Positions 13,261-27,332 of a stretch of DNA of 64,000 nucleotides are shown here, in pieces. How positions within the stretch are numbered: the first letter of the stretch is position 1; each line of letters opens with the position of its first letter. Where the stretch lies: positions 211,172,001 through 211,236,000 of the forward strand of contig NC_042997.1 in assembly GCF_006345805.1 (NCBI RefSeq). Direction: 5' to 3'. The notes beneath the pieces are model-generated. The model saw only the letters and a program-made list of their open reading frames with translations. It was not told where the DNA came from and ran no database searches. Source of the DNA: Octopus sinensis (Eukaryota). Both the position numbers and the translations under genes were made by a program.

Positions 13261-15093
13261 CCCAAGGTCCTAATACAATATCTTAATTAATTTTGGCATG
13301 AGCAGCATAGTATTTTTACATTATACCATATGTAAGGCAAGAATCGCATAGGTAGTGTTGGATACCCACATCCCATCGGAGGGTTATGAGGTACCTAGTT
13401 CATATCACATCCTAGGTACCACACAACCTACCTGTGGTCAATTAAAAATTTGGGATATTTTCTAATGGAAGATCTTGAAATCTTTTCTAAAAGAACTATT
13501 TTGCTTTCCATGGCAAGTTAAATATTTTTCATTCCCTTCTGTTTCTGTTGGAAAATCTACCAATTTTTTCCCAAAAGAACTCTTTTTGCTTCAATGGCAA
13601 ATAAAATTTTCTCAATTCTCAATCTTTTATTTTACCTCATTCCATGGTGAAATGAGAAGAAAAACGTAAAAAAAATTAATATTGAAAATCTATAAAGAAT
13701 TGTTCTCTTAGTGTAGCAAAAGCACAAATCAAAGTAATTGGAGCATTCCAGCTCTCAGAAAACTCATAGGAAGGAAATAAAAAAAAAAAAGCGACCTGCT
13801 GGTGGGTCGGACGGGACTCACTACCATACCACCACAAGCCACCAGTAGGACCGTGTGGGAGCCAACGTGTTAAACTTCTCCCTCTTGTCTTAGTGATGTT
13901 CCATCAACATTCAGAGTAAACTAGGAAGACTTGATTGAGAGGACCAAGGTCTTAGTTTCCTTTGCAGGGAACCCATTCAGTGTACATTGGAGATGGCAAG
14001 TAAAACCATGCCCCCCTCTGCAAATGCCAGTCGACTGACTGATAGACACATTGGTTGTGAAGCAATGGTTACTGGGATTATAGAAGAGAGGGTGGGGATG
14101 GGTGCAATGAAGGTGAAAAGAGACAAAAAAGAAAGGGGTGATGAGGTGTCAGTGTGGACCTTTAAGGTACTAGGTTGATTGGAGCGAGTGGGGACAGAAC
14201 AGGGAGTGTGGGTGGGTAGAGGTTGTAAGAGTGTATGGGAAAGTGAGAGAGGGTTAGAGATGGGGAATGGGTGGGTGTTGGGGAATATAATAAAGGACAA
14301 GTGTTGAGGCATGATTGGTAAGAGAGAGCAGGTGAGAACTGTATTATTTGGATAGGGGGGTAGGGTGACCAATGAAACATGACTGACAGTGCAGGAAGTG
14401 GGAGTGAAGGGCAGCAGAATAGCAATAAGAAGGATGAAAGAGGTTGGGGGAAAGAGAGGTGCTGTGTGGTTGGGTTGGTTGTTGGAGCGGGGTGGTCCGG
14501 GAGGGGGGCAGGCATTGTGAATGGGGGAGAAGGAGAGACATTGTAGTGGAGCAGAGATAATTTGATAGTTTAGGAAGGTGATCTGTTTAGTAAATTTACC
14601 AATGAAACTCTATTTTTGTAACATATCCAAACATTGATAATATAATCCAGACATTAATTAACTCTTTTGAAAAATAGGTGCCTGAGACCGCACCTAGTTC
14701 TCAAAAGCCTACCATCAGAATTTCATGTTCATCTATGATTCAAACACTAGGTTAATAATGACAATTTTCTCAAATTCCTTGAAGCAAAAGCAGTGCCAAA
14801 GCATACCTTTGCCACCATGTGGTATGTCTCTCTGCCTTACTCAACCATCCCACTTATATTCTGATCCCTGCCCTTTGTGAGTATGCCTGGCACTTTGACA
14901 CCATCTCCATCTGGCTGTCTCCCACTCTCTCTCTCCTCCTGTTCTTCCCTCATGTCAGGTAACCATGTATCTCCTTTGCAGCAGCACCTCTCTCTCTCTC
15001 TCTCTCATTTCCAAGATGCTCTCCTTTAAAATGCCACAGTCCACTAATTGCATTGTTCCTTCTTGATGGATCCACTTTTCTATTCCAACAGCT

Positions 15094-15479
15094 AGTGGAG
15101 GCGCAATGGCCCATTGGTTAGGGCAGCGGACTCGCGGTCGTAGGATCGCGGTTTCGATTCCCAGACCGGGCGTTGTGAGTGTTTATTGAGCGAAAACACC
15201 TAAAGCTCCACGAGGCTCCGGCAGGGGATGGTGGTGATCCCTGCTGTACTCTTTCACCACAACTTTCTCTCACTCTTACTTCCTGTTTCTGTTGTACCTG
15301 TATTTCAAAGGGCCGGCCTTGTCACTCCCTGTGTCACGCTGAATATCCCAGAGAACTACGTTAAGAGTACACGTGTCTGTGGAGTGCTCAGCCACTTACA
15401 CGTTAATTTCACGAGTAGGCTGTTCCGTTGATCGGATCAACCGGAACCCTCGTCGTCGTAACCGACGGAGTGCTTCCAA
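15094..15479 (+). mobile_element. Full-length tRNA(Arg)-like SINE family C with TSD
   Basis: A box tggcccattgg, B box ggtttcgattccc. 12-bp TSD attccaacagct at 15082-15093 and 15480-15491. Confidence 0.88.
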
Positions 15480-16510
15480 ATTCCAACAGCTGGCACTTTA
15501 TCAAACCCTTCTTTCACTTTGTATTTCATAAACACCCAGCTTTTCAAGGCTACAGATTATCCTTCCCTCATTCCCATTCTCTTTTGTCTCCTTCAATGAA
15601 GGGTCATTTCGGAGTACCTATGTTACACTCCTCCTCAACTAAAATGATAGAAAAATTGGGAATCTATATTTGAAGTTGTCAAACAATTTAATTCCTCCTC
15701 GTTGTCGTCTCCTTTTCCCATTTTGGTATGAGTTGGGTGGGTCGTCACGGTTTGACTCAGAAGTTGAATCCTAGAAGTGTTGGAGACCACGTCTCATTTG
15801 TATATTCCCTTGAGCCCTTCCTAATACCAACCACTTTACAGAGTGTACTTGTTGTATTTTATTGTGGCACCAGCATGAGTGAGATTGTTTTGTCCCTAGC
15901 AGGACAAACAAATTCTTTCTGTTCTTTTCTCTCCATTCAAGAGTCATATTGTTCCTGGCAAAGAAACAGCAAGAAGAAAGAGAAAAAAAGTAATGGAAGG
16001 GAATCAATGTGATAGGAGTGTGTAGGTGATAGAGAGGAGAATAAGGAAGAGAGATTGCAAGGAGTGAGGATGGGAAAGGAGAGTAATGAAAGAGAACCAG
16101 AATGAAGGGGTGGTAGAGAGGAGAGTTAAGGAAAAGAGAGCGATAAAAGTGGACAGCTGCATGATTGTTGTTGGTAAGGAGTTGTAATAGAACATGAGAG
16201 CATGATAGGAGTAAGTATTGGAAGGGAGTTGAGAGGGAGACAAAATCCACATTTTTTTGAAGCCTTGAGTTATTTTTTTGCTTGAATCAATAAATAATTT
16301 GAAATCTTAATCTTAAAAGTTTTGCTTATCATTTGTTTTATTTATTCATAACACCAAAATATGAATTATTATGAAGTATGTTAAGCAATAATTTACAACA
16401 TTTTGTAATGTTTTTCTGTTATATATTGTTGATTACAAATTTATTTTTAAGACTTCACTATTTTAATTGCTTTCTTTTTTTTTCTTTCAGTTTTGGATGC
16501 CTTTGCAGAT

Positions 16511-17274
16511 ATGGCATTTGGCTGGCCACAAAATATTCCTGACACTCTTCAGGAAATGTGCTTGAATATTTTTGTCAAAAATCCAGAGGCATTAGCCACC
16601 ATTACAGAGGGTAATCGTTATACTTTACGCCCTGGCATTTTCTTGCCACAGGAAATATGTGAAGGACTTTTAAAAGCATGGCGAGAACGACCTGAAGAAT
16701 TAACCGATGATATTCTGTACATTTTTGAAGACCCTTCTCGGACTCGTCTTGCAAAGGTTAATCTTTCTCAAACTTCAGTAACTAATGATGGGTTGGCCTA
16801 CATTCAGAAACATACTCTTAGTGATCTCTGCCTTTTGTCATGTTCGAACATTGACCCGTCTCGTTTGCTATTTGAAATGCTTAATACCTCAGGTTATTCA
16901 TTGCGAACACTGCAACTTGGATTTAAGGATTTACAGCAGAAGTCCTATTTCAGTGAACTAAAATGTCAGATGAGCAATGGTGAACAATTTGTACATAATG
17001 ATAAACTAACTATTTTTAACTGCCCTAATTTACAATGCCTCTCTTTGAGAAAAGTAAGCTTCAAAAGTTGTCCGTTACTGCTGAATTCAGTGCTTATGCC
17101 ATTGAATCGACTCACATTCCTTGATCTTTATCAGTGTGAGCTGAAACCAGAGTGCTTTGACTTTTTGAGCAATGTACCCAAGCTGCTCTCACTCAGTCTG
17201 GCACAGGTCTATCTACCCAAAGACAAAATTGACAAAATTATAGACTCTATATGCAAACATGTGAAAGGATTAAG
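16511..17274 (+). CDS. ZER1: ZER1 coding exon 1 (BC-box-like N-terminus and LRR region)
   Basis: Polypyrimidine acceptor ends in cag at 16490. ATG at 16511 in gatATGg context; donor ag|gtaagt after 17274 (phase 2). Translation PDTLQEMC..LRPGIFLPQEICEGLL..FEDPSRTRLAKVNL resembles the recalled vertebrate ZER1 N-terminus (PESLMALC..LHPDIFLPSEICDRL..FSDPRSTRL). Confidence 0.93.
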
Positions 17275-17509
17275 GTAAGTATTTTACTGTTTATATTGGG
17301 GTGGATTTTACAGAAGAGGGTAGTTTTATTGGTGGTTTTTTCACCCCCCTTTTTTTTTTCTTCAGAATCATCTGGATTTAGAATGATTCTGGGCTCCTCT
17401 GTGAAAATTTTTCTTTGTCAACTTGGACAAATGTCTTCTGTTATAGCTTCAGGCCAACCAAAGCCTTGTGAGTGGATATGGTTGGTGGAAACTAAAAGAA
17501 GCCCATTGT

Positions 17510-17582
<73 letters not shown>

Positions 17583-17866
17583 CTTTGTCTGTGTTTGTTC
17601 TCTTCCACTGCTTGATAACCAGTGTCGGTATGTTTATGTCCTTGCAACTTAGCAGTTTGATAAAAGACAGAAGAAGTACTGGGTTGAATTCTTTTCACTA
17701 AAATTCTTTAAGGCGGTGCCCCAGCATGGCCAGAGTCTAATGACTGAAATAAGTGAAAGATAAAAGATAGTTATTTATCTGTTCATCTGCTTAATTACTC
17801 TGTTGATTGATGACATGTTGAATAGTGTTGCCTCGTTTAGCAATGGAGGTCTCCTTTAGCGGGGAA

Positions 17867-18190
17867 TCATCATCATCATCATCATCATCATCGTTTAACG
17901 TCCGTTTACCATGCTAGCATGGGTTGGACGGTTCGACCAGGGTCTGGTAAGCCATGGAGGCTGCACCAGGCTCTAGTCTGATCTGGCAGTGTTTCTACAG
18001 CTGGATGCCCTTCCTAATGCCAACCACTCCGAGAGTGTAGTGGGTGTTTTTTATGTGCCATGTGAGGCTGGCAACGGCCACGATCAGTTGGTGTTTTTTA
18101 CGTGCCACTGGCACGGAGGCCAGTTGAGGCAGCGCTGGCAATGGCCATGTTCGGATGGTTCTTTTACGTGCCACCGGCACTGGTATCACT
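17867..18190 (-). mobile_element. (GAT)n-tailed retroposon family D
   Basis: On + reads (cat)n cgtttaacgtcc..gggttggacgg..ctacagctggatgcccttcctaatgccaaccactccgag..gtgccac modules. Confidence 0.8.
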
Positions 18191-18861
18191 GGGAACGAAG
18201 GTAATATTGGTGTGTTTGAGGCTCTCCCTTAAATCTGATTAAGAGCAACATTGGGTTACTTCACACGACGCTCTGCAAACAAGCAATGATGACTAGAGTT
18301 GTACAATCCTCACACTCTATGTGCAGGGGAATATTTAGTAACCAAGTTTAGGGACTGAGAGCCCCATGTGATTGGTGAGAAAGCTAGCTTGGTGTAGGGA
18401 TTTGGTCAAAGTGGAGGAAGCAGTTGTTAGAGGAGTGGTAAAAAGGGGCAGGGGGAACAAAGTGTATTGATTGGTTCCCAACAAAGGTGGGAACCATCTG
18501 GTGAATGTAGGCTGAATTATTAAGGATTGTTTTTGTTAAGTCTGGAGTAAAGGACTGTGCCCATGGCTTCCGATGTTCATATCATCAATGCTCAAAGTTA
18601 AGAACTGCACGAGGGACAAAAGACTGGGAATAGGGGTTAGGAAGGGGAGGGATACAACATAGGTGATGATGATGGGGAGGTGAATAAGTTGGAAGTACCT
18701 GAGTGGGGATGGCACAAGATGTGTCAGCTCTGAGCTGCCAAAACCATTGCAGTAGGGATTAGATAAGAATAATAATCTACGGAGGAGTATTTTGTGATTT
18801 TTCCAAAGATTCAGTAACTGGTCAGTGTGAAGGCACATGGCTCAAGGGGTTCGGGCATTCG

Positions 18862-19347
18862 GCTCACAATCATAAGGTGGTGAGTTCAATTCTTGGTGGT
18901 GCATTGTGTCCTTGAGCAAGACACTTTATTTCTTGCCACTCCAGTCCACTCACCTGGCAAAAATAAGTTGTACCTGCATTTCAAAGGACCAGCCTTGTCA
19001 CATTCTGTGTCAAGCTGAATCTCCCTGAGAACTACGTTAAGGGTATTCGTGTCTGTGGAGTGCTCAGCCACTTCTAAATTAATTTCACAAGCAGGCCCTT
19101 GTCATCGTAACTAATAGAATGTTATTTTTGTCTTTCTTGTTTATAGTTGGTCCCTATTTTGTGGTCAGATAATGGGAAAGATAAGGGTAGGATATGTGAG
19201 GGTGTCAGTTATTGTCCAAGTTGATGGAACCTGTGGAAGAGGAAGACTAAGGAAAGCCAAGGAAGAATTGGAAAAGATGGATGTGAAGGAATTCAACCTC
19301 ATTGAAATAAAAAAAAGGAGATCACATCAAATCCCAAAACACTGCTG
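18862..19347 (+). repeat. Composite SINE+LINE segment, copy 1 of inverted duplication
   Basis: Reverse complement of 35361-35845 with only scattered substitutions. Confidence 0.9.
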
Positions 19348-19458
19348 GGTTGGAGAAACTAATGATAGGGGGTGATGTTCTGAGACGTGCTACAGGTTTT
19401 ATAGATAGGGAGTTATACCTCTCTCACTAGATATTGTTAGCAGTACATGGCAGGAACA

Positions 19459-19672
19459 TCATCATCATCGTTTAACGTCCGCTTTCCATGCTAGTATGGG
19501 TTGGACGGTTCAACTGGGGTCTGGGAAGCTCGAAGGCTGCACCAGGCCAGTCAGATCTGGCAGTGTTTCTACAGCTGGATGCTCTTCCTAACGCCAACCA
19601 CTCCGTGAGTGTAGAGGGTGCTTTTTATGTGCCACCGACACAGGTGCCAGACGAGGCTGGCGAACGGCCATC
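19459..19672 (-). mobile_element. Retroposon family D copy
   Basis: Same consensus as 17867-18190. Confidence 0.8.
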
Positions 19673-20344
19673 CAAGATGTTTTACAGATCCTCTCAATAC
19701 AACAAAATAAATGAACCTGTAAGATGAATTAGAAGGTTCTGTTCTAATTGACAGATATATTTTTGTGCCAAATTTCAAAATATTTTGTGCCTAAATGAGA
19801 TGATATAAATGGTGATCTCCTGCAATGCATGGAGGCGTCTTCCTTGTTCTCCAGCAAAACTAGGAGACAGAATGTGGTGAAGGTGGGTATTTAATACCTA
19901 AATTTGCATCTCTCTCTCACCCATCATGGTCACATTAAGTTTCCTTGCAATTATTCTTCTTACAGCTATTAGTCAGTGAGCTGGAAGAATCATTGGCATG
20001 CGAAATGCTTAGCAATATTTATTCCAGCTTTACGTTTTGAATTCAAATTCTACTGAGGTTAACTTTGCCTTTTATTTTCGGGGGGGGGGGCAATGAACCA
20101 AGTACCAACTAAGCACTGGAGTTTTAATATCCCTTGTTGTGTGGGAAAGAAAGAAGACAATGCAGAAAAGAAGGAAGGGAAACTGCCAGAGAACAAGACA
20201 ATCATTCTGTTGCCAGTGAAAGACTAGAAACAATGTAGAGAGGAATCTTTAGTGTTGTCATGGAGAAGATAGCATCTTCAATTCTAGTGTTACAATAACT
20301 TACATCCGGTAGACTCATCTGCATAATCCTTATTTGGTTTCTAC

Positions 20345-20586
20345 AGCCTCGCCTGGCCCTCGTGCCGGTGGCACATAAAAAGCACCGTCCGTTCGTGGCC
20401 GTTTGCCAGCTCCGTCTGGCACCAGTGCAGGTGTCACGTAAAAAGCATTAGGAAGGGCAACCAGCCGTAGAAACTCTGCCAGATTTGACTGGGCCTGATG
20501 AAGCCTTCTGGCTTCACAGACCCAAGTGGAACCGTCCAACCCATGCTAGCATGGAAAACGGACGCTAAACGATGATGATGATGACA
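20345..20586 (+). mobile_element. Retroposon family D copy
   Basis: Ends ggacgctaaacgatgatgatgatg. Confidence 0.8.
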
Positions 20587-20774
20587 GCCAGATGCCATTC
20601 CTAACACCAACCACTTTACATCAAAACCAAAGAGTCTTCTCAGCTACCTAACAGTCTCCATTTGTTTACCAATTACTTTACAAAGTCTACTTGTATTTTA
20701 ATGCGACACTGGCACTGCAAAGGGTCCCTTGTCACCTGCAAATCTTGCTAATTTTACTTCGTATCTTTTTTTAA

Positions 20775-21173
20775 CCCTTTTGATACTAACTTGAATGAGA
20801 TGCCCTTGGTTCTATGATATAGACTTCCTGTTTTTCAGTGATCTAAATTAAAACTTTACCTCAAAATTTCATGTTAATTCATGTTCCAAATGCCAGCTTA
20901 AAGATGACCAAAATATTTTACTAGATTCTTCATTATTTTCAAAATAGATTGTAAAAAGCACCCACTACACTCTCAGAGTGGTTGGCATTAGGAAGGGCAT
21001 CCAGCTGTAGAAACACTGCCTGATCAGACTAGAGCCTGGTGCAGCCTCCTGGTTTCCCAGACCCCAGTCGAACTGTCCAACCCATGCCAGCATGGAAAAC
21101 GGACGTTAAACAATGATGATGATGATTGAAACAAAAGGAAGTGTGTTTCAACAGAAGCATGGTAATGAAAGGC
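20775..21173. mobile_element. piggyBac-like MITE interrupted by a family D copy (about 20952-21127)
   Basis: TTAA|CCCTTT..GAAAGGC|TTAA, with gattg repeated on both sides of the nested insert. Confidence 0.65.
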
Positions 21174-21822
21174 TTAAGGAAAACATGGCTAAAAATGTGA
21201 CTTGTGAAAGAAGAGAGATAGCATGAAAGTGGGGGAAAGAGAGCAATAGGAGCAAGATGTCAAGGGAGGTAGTAACTGAAAAAAAGACACTGACAACTGA
21301 ATGATGGTTGTTGGTAACAGGGTTGGATAGGAAAGCAGTATGCAAAGTGTGATGGATAGTGAGAGTGGTAAATGTCAATGAAGAGTTACATGAGAGAGAG
21401 AGAGAGAGGTGGGGAAAGAGTGCTGCCTAGGCTAGTAGTGAAGAAGGGTGGTAGTTGGAAGTACATGTGTTGTGATGGAAGTGAGGTAAAGTAATGGAGG
21501 GCTGATGATAGTAAGATTGAATACAGGGGCATGAAATAGCATTCCTTTTATTACAGCTGCATGGTTCAGTGAGTAGGAGAAAGGATGAGTGATCCATGAG
21601 CAAGTAACGTAAAAGACAGCGATGGAGAGAGAACAAGATTACAATAGATAAGAGACCCCAATGTAGATCTGTGATACATCACACCACCTCTATTCCCTCC
21701 TGTTATACAGGTCATAACAGAAGCATTTAAGACTGGCTGCCTATGGATGACCTAACTCTTATTATAGCTGGCTGTGTTGAAAGAATTCCAGATCTGAATG
21801 TCAAATCTAAAATTGGGGTGCG

Positions 21823-21962
21823 TCATCATCATCATCGTTTAACGTCCGTTTTCCGCGCTAGCACGGGTTGGACGGTTCGATCGGGGTCTGGGAAGCCAGG
21901 GGCTGCACCAGGCTCCAGTCTGATCTGGCAGTGTTTCTACAGCTGGATGCCCTTCCTAATGT
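21823..21962 (-). mobile_element. Retroposon family D copy (short)
   Basis: Consensus match. Confidence 0.75.
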
Positions 21963-22199
21963 CATCCTTGGAGTAAATTTGACAAAAGCAAAATCTTTAG
22001 CAAGTTAGAGACATGATACTGTTACTATCAGAGAAATGGCTGTACTGAATACGCAGAAAAGGATTTGGTGGGAATTGCCTTAGGTTTATGTTATTGATGC
22101 CTAAGAAGTGTAGTGGATAGCTTTTGTCTCGGGGCTGTAGTGAAGCTAATCCAACTGGTCCAAGCTAATTAATCACTTCTACTATAGGCAATTACATCA

Positions 22200-22345
22200 A
22201 CCCCAGTATGCAACTGGTACTTAATTTATCAACCCCGAAACGATGACCTCGATGGAATTTGAACTCAGAATGTAGCAACGGGCGAAATACTGCTAAGCAT
22301 TTCGTCCAGCATGCTAATGATTCTGCCACTTTGCCGCCTTGGTTG
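22200..22345 (-). mobile_element. SINE family A copy
   Basis: Reverse complement of the family A head and core. Confidence 0.7.
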
Positions 22346-23104
22346 AAGCTAATTAATGAGGAAATCTCTGGGTGACCTTTTACATTTACGACCATTTGGT
22401 TAACAGAATAAAAGAACATTGATATTCCAAGATAAAAAAATCTTTTTCAAGAGCGTATTTCTGAGTTTATATAGTTGTAGGAAATCGGTTTGTTTTGAAT
22501 TATTTTGATATTTGCATGGGTCAGATGGAATTCATTGAGGCAGGTTTCCTTCTGTTGGATGTTCTTCCTGTGGCTAATCCTCACCTGTTTCCAAGCAAGG
22601 TATTTTTTTTTGTGTGTGTGTGTTGTGTTTGGCTATATTTCCACAGAAAACTGGAAACAAACGGCAGTTTGTAATGTTGCTTATTTCAAAATATTGCACA
22701 ATGTTGAGGCATTGAGACAGAAACACAGGCTTCTTTTGGTTTCTATCCATTAGACCCATTCCTAAGGTTTTGGTCAGACTAAGTGGGAGTGGAAGAAACT
22801 GACACTGGGACTGAACTGGAAACTGGTACTGGGATTGAACCGGAAACCATGCATGAATGCGGGAACTTGTGAACCACACAGCCATGGCTGCACCATTAAG
22901 TGTGTGTATTCTTTTATTTGGTTCAGTCATTTGACTGCAGCCATGTTGGAGAACTGCCTTTAGTCAAGCAAATCTGCCCCATGACTTATTCTTTGTAAGC
23001 CTAGTACTTATTCTATCGGTCTCTTTTGCCAAACCACTAAGTTACGAGGATGTAAACACACCAGCATCGGTTGTCAAGTGATATTGGGGGGGGGGACAAA
23101 CATG

Positions 23105-23141
<37 letters not shown>

Positions 23142-23149
23142 GGATGTAT

Positions 23150-23490
23150 CATCATCATCGTTTAACGTCCGTTTTCCGAGCTAGCACGGGTTGGACGGTT
23201 CAACCGGAGTCTGGGAAGGCAGAAGGCTGCACCAGGCTCCAGTCTGATCTGGCAGTGTTTCTACAGCTGGATGCCCTTCCTAACGCCAACCACTCTGCGA
23301 GTGTAGTGGGTGCTTTTTACGTGCCACCTGCACAGGTGCCAGTGGGGGGTCTGGCATCGGCCACGATCGGTTGGTGCTTTTAACGTGCCACCGGCACGGA
23401 AGCCAGCCAAGGCGGCGCTGGCATCAGCCACGTTCGGATGGTGCTTTTTATGTGCCACCGGCACAGAAGCCAGTCGAGGCGACGCTGGAT
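23150..23490 (-). mobile_element. Retroposon family D copy with 3 internal modules
   Basis: Consensus match plus three gtgccacc(g/t)gcac modules. Confidence 0.8.
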
Positions 23491-23959
23491 ATATACACAA
23501 TGGGCGCCTTTCAGTTTCTGTCTACCATGTCCACTCACAAGGCTTTGGTCAGCCCAGGGCTATAGTAGAAGATGCTTGGCCTAGATGCCACATAGTGAAA
23601 CTGAACCGAGAAGCATGTGGTTGGTAAGCTAGTTATTTACCACACAGCCACTCCTGTGCCTATAAACAATATATGTATGTATGTGTGTGTGTATATATAT
23701 ATATATGTCACCCTCATCATCATTTAATGTCCATTGAACATGCTGTCATATGTTGGACAGTTTGACCAGAGCTGGCAAGCTGGGGAGCTGCACTAGAGTC
23801 CAGTCTACTTTGGCATGGTTTCCACATCTGGATGCCCTTCCTAATGCCAACCACTTTACTGAGTATGTTGGCACCGCATGGGTTCTTTTACGTGGCAACA
23901 TTACAAATGCCTTACACCAGAGAGACCAATCTTAACAGTTTTGTTGCAGAGTACAGGTT

Positions 23960-24260
23960 TTCTTGAGTACAGCAAGGCCCCAGGCATTTTGGTCATTTGC
24001 CATCTTGACTGAAAGGTTCAGTATCCTGAGATCATTCTTCACTAATTCATCCTATGTCTTCGTGGATCTCCACCACTTCTTTACAGAGCTGTGGGCAAAC
24101 CCCTACCTGTACACTAAATTCTTTGCTGTACCTGTAGTTAACTTGCCTTACTGACAGCATGTCCTGTACAGCTTTCATCAGCCACACTTCTGTCCTTAGC
24201 CACTTCAGAGCCCACCATATCACAACAGAGCACTCTATTGAAGGTTTTCTCTAGATCAAC
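23960..24260 (-). mobile_element. Degenerate RTE LINE 3' remnant
   Basis: Similar by eye to 34500-34830 and 57065-57480. Confidence 0.5.
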
Positions 24261-24490
24261 AGATGCTGTTTGTTCTTAGCTAAGTACTTCTCATGTAGTT
24301 GCCTGACTATGAAAACAGCATCATATATATATATATATATAAGACATATAAGATATTGGTATCTAGAAGATCCAAAGGGATATAGTTATAGTCTTACAGC
24401 TGTTTCTGAAACAGCTGTAAGATTAGATCTATATCTCTTTCCTTATAAATGTCCTGAAAACTCCTCACGGCCTTGGGTTTATCTCTTTTG

Positions 24491-25510
24491 TCTAATATAT
24501 ATTATATATATATATATATAAAACTGAGAATGTGTCTGTCTGTCTGTCTGTTTCCCTAAAACTTGAGAACTACACAACCAATTTCATTCAAATTTTACAC
24601 ATGCCTTACTTAGGGTCCATGTAATTTCATGGGCAAAAAAAATCTTCAACTTCTTGCCTAGAGCAATATCATATCTTCTCCACTATTTCAGTATTATGTG
24701 TTAAAAGTAAAACATAAACATTTCTCTATTTTATGTCAGATACTTTCACTTTAACAATAAAAATAATAACAATTGAATTATATGTAGTAAATAATAATTA
24801 AAATTAAACTAAAGTATAATATAATCGTAACATAACAAAAGTTAAAATAGCAATTGGTATAAAATTGCATCAATGACTTGAACTTGAATAAGTGGTTTCA
24901 CATGAATGGGAATAAATTAAAAATAAAATTTAAGTGCAGAAATGGAATAGTCCAGATGGATAATAAAAAATTAAATTAAAGAAAAGACTATTGTCTATAA
25001 AGTATACAATGTAGAGAAAAAAGATTTGAACACCTGGAGGAAAGCACCATCGAAAAGTGTCTTGGTGCGACTATGAAAGATATCTAACCAGAGGCGGTAA
25101 ATTCGCCACAATAGAAGCAAGGTTCGAGTCAACGGAGCGTGCAAGGGAGTACTCGACTCGAACTTGCAATGTGGAAATATTTTATTTTTGCCTTTATATC
25201 TGGGACATAGGACGTCCCGGATAAAAATTTAAAATGTCCCCACCCTCTCAGAAGTTGAGGCAGACTGGATTGTAGCCACACTTCTATACAAGAGGGAGGA
25301 CAAGATACAATTGATCGAAATTGCAAGAGACGAGCCTACAATTCCAGTCTGTTATATATTTTGAGTATTGTTATCACTAGTGATATTCAGATATAACTTT
25401 GTATTTTGTATTTTATGTGTAGATGTATATATATAGATGTACACACATATATATATACATATATACATGCACTAGCACTATGACCCGGCAACGGCGGGTC
25501 ATAATGCTAG
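24491..25510 (+). mobile_element. Non-autonomous Helitron-type element (family H1)
   Basis: 5' tctaatata..tataaaactgagaatgtgtctgtctgtc. 3' hairpin actagcactatgacccg..cgggtcataatgctag|t ending in CTAG. Confidence 0.85.
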
Positions 25511-25771
25511 TATATATATTCAGTTTGACACTAGATGTAAAACCAATGGGTTTTTTTCTAAAACTGTTACTTTACACATACAAATATATATATGTACATA
25601 TATATATTTAATAAATTCTAAATAATAAATTATATTTAAGTAAACACTCCATGAATGATAAAATTAAAATAAACATAAGTACAAATCTTAAAGTGAAATG
25701 TACTCTCACCATTTGAAAATAGTTCACCTCCATACATGTGATACATAGTGGATCGTATCCCCTTTAAAATA

Positions 25772-26160
25772 TCATCATCATCATCATCATTTAACGTCCG
25801 CTTTCCATGCTAGCATGGGTTGGACGGTTCAACTGGAGTCTGGGGAGCCCGAAGGCTGCACCAGGCCAGTCAGATCTGGCAGTGTTTCTACAGCTGGATG
25901 CCCTTCCTAACGCCAACCACTCCGAGAGTGTAGTGGGTGATTTTATGTGCCACCGACACAAGTGCCAGGCGAGGCTGGTGAACGGCCACGCTCGGATGGT
26001 GTTTTTTATGTGCCACCGACACAGGTGCCAGACGAGGCTGGCAGACGGCCACGCTCGGATGGTGTTTGTTACGTGCCCACAGCACGGAGGCCAGTCGATG
26101 CGGTACTGGCTACGGCCACGTTCGGATGGTTTTCTTGTGTGCCACCGGCACTGGTACCAC
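25772..26160 (-). mobile_element. Retroposon family D copy with modules
   Basis: Consensus match. Confidence 0.8.
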
Positions 26161-26199
26161 AAAGATACAAATTCCATTGATGTTCGTCAACTAAATATA

Positions 26200-26436
26200 T
26201 ATATATTTCTTTACTGCCCACAAGGAGCTAAACACAGAGGGGACAAACAAGGACAGACAAACGGATTAAGTCGATTACATCGACCCCAGTGCGAAACTGG
26301 TACTTTATTTATCGACCCCGAAAGGATGAAAGGCAGAGTCGACCTCGGCGGAATTTGAACTCAGAACCTAATGGCAGACGAAATGTGACTACGCATTTCG
26401 CCCAGCGTGCTAACGTTTCTGCCAGCTCGCCGCCTT
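26200..26436 (-). mobile_element. SINE family A full copy
   Basis: Reverse complement of 8098-8330. Confidence 0.8.
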
Positions 26437-27004
26437 AAATATATATAATAACCCAAACTATCAACAAATAAGATTAATACATCTAAATAAATAAAAGATT
26501 GCAATAAAAATTGAAATTCTCACAACTAAATAAGTAGAATTTGAATATATTGATTTGGATACTTATTAATATGTACGTATTTTTACTTTTTATTCTTTGA
26601 CAAGTGAGTAGGGAAAGGCATGGCAGCCAGCCACTATAAAACTGATCTAAATTCCATTAAGGGTGAATTATAGTGTGACCTAACTCTTCAAGAGTGCAAC
26701 TAGCCATCACCCACTGTGGTCATAGTTTAACATCTAGCTATTTTTAGAACGGAATCCAAAGACACATGCTCACACACACACATGCATGCTGCTATTCAGT
26801 CTGTAAGGAATTCTCTATCCATTAGGATGTAAATGAATATATGTCAATTTTGCCCTGAAAAAATTTTAAAATTCATAATGAAATTTTAATTGTAAAATAT
26901 GAATGAAGGTGAGAAATTGAAATGTGCATAGGTGACATAAAATTGACTATTATATAAATAAATTGGTTTTTCCTGTGTTCACACTCTCCTTTTCTTTTAT
27001 TTTA

Positions 27005-27016
27005 TTGTATATATAC

Positions 27017-27078
<62 letters not shown>

Positions 27079-27254
27079 CACACACACACACACATATATA
27101 TATTTATATGTAAATATATATATACATATATATATATATAATATATATGATGATGATATATATACATATATATATATACACATATATATATATACATATA
27201 TATATATAATATACGTATATATATATATACGTATACATATATATACATATACGT

Positions 27255-27305
<51 letters not shown>

Positions 27306-27332
27306 ATATAATATACACATATATATATATAT
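27005..27332. repeat. (TA)n / (CA)n compound microsatellite
   Basis: Directly visible. Confidence 0.95.

Noticed and set aside
13400-13436. 9-bp-arm hairpin ggtacctag/ctaggtacc and a 14-nt match to the let-7b complement (accacacaacctac)
   Set aside because: Short matches like these are expected by chance. The seed match is incomplete, and it is not in an identified 3' UTR or miRNA-like hairpin.
15094-15170. tRNA-like sequences here and at 8098, 10400 and 37131
   Set aside because: They are SINE heads: they continue into SINE bodies, some have TSDs, and no complete acceptor stem is seen.
5700-16490. ZER1 promoter and 5' UTR exon(s)
   Set aside because: The acceptor at 16490 implies an upstream exon, but no candidate can be assigned from sequence alone.
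17251-17652. 133-aa ORF overlapping the end of exon 1; also the 53473-53808 read-through ORF
   Set aside because: They run through canonical donors into intronic repeats. The spliced ZER1 model explains the coding parts.
20491-20520. Other ctgatga occurrences (e.g. about 20495, 38845 on the minus strand, 41632, 45206)
   Set aside because: None has a stem II followed by GAAA or a matching stem I, so they are not hammerheads.
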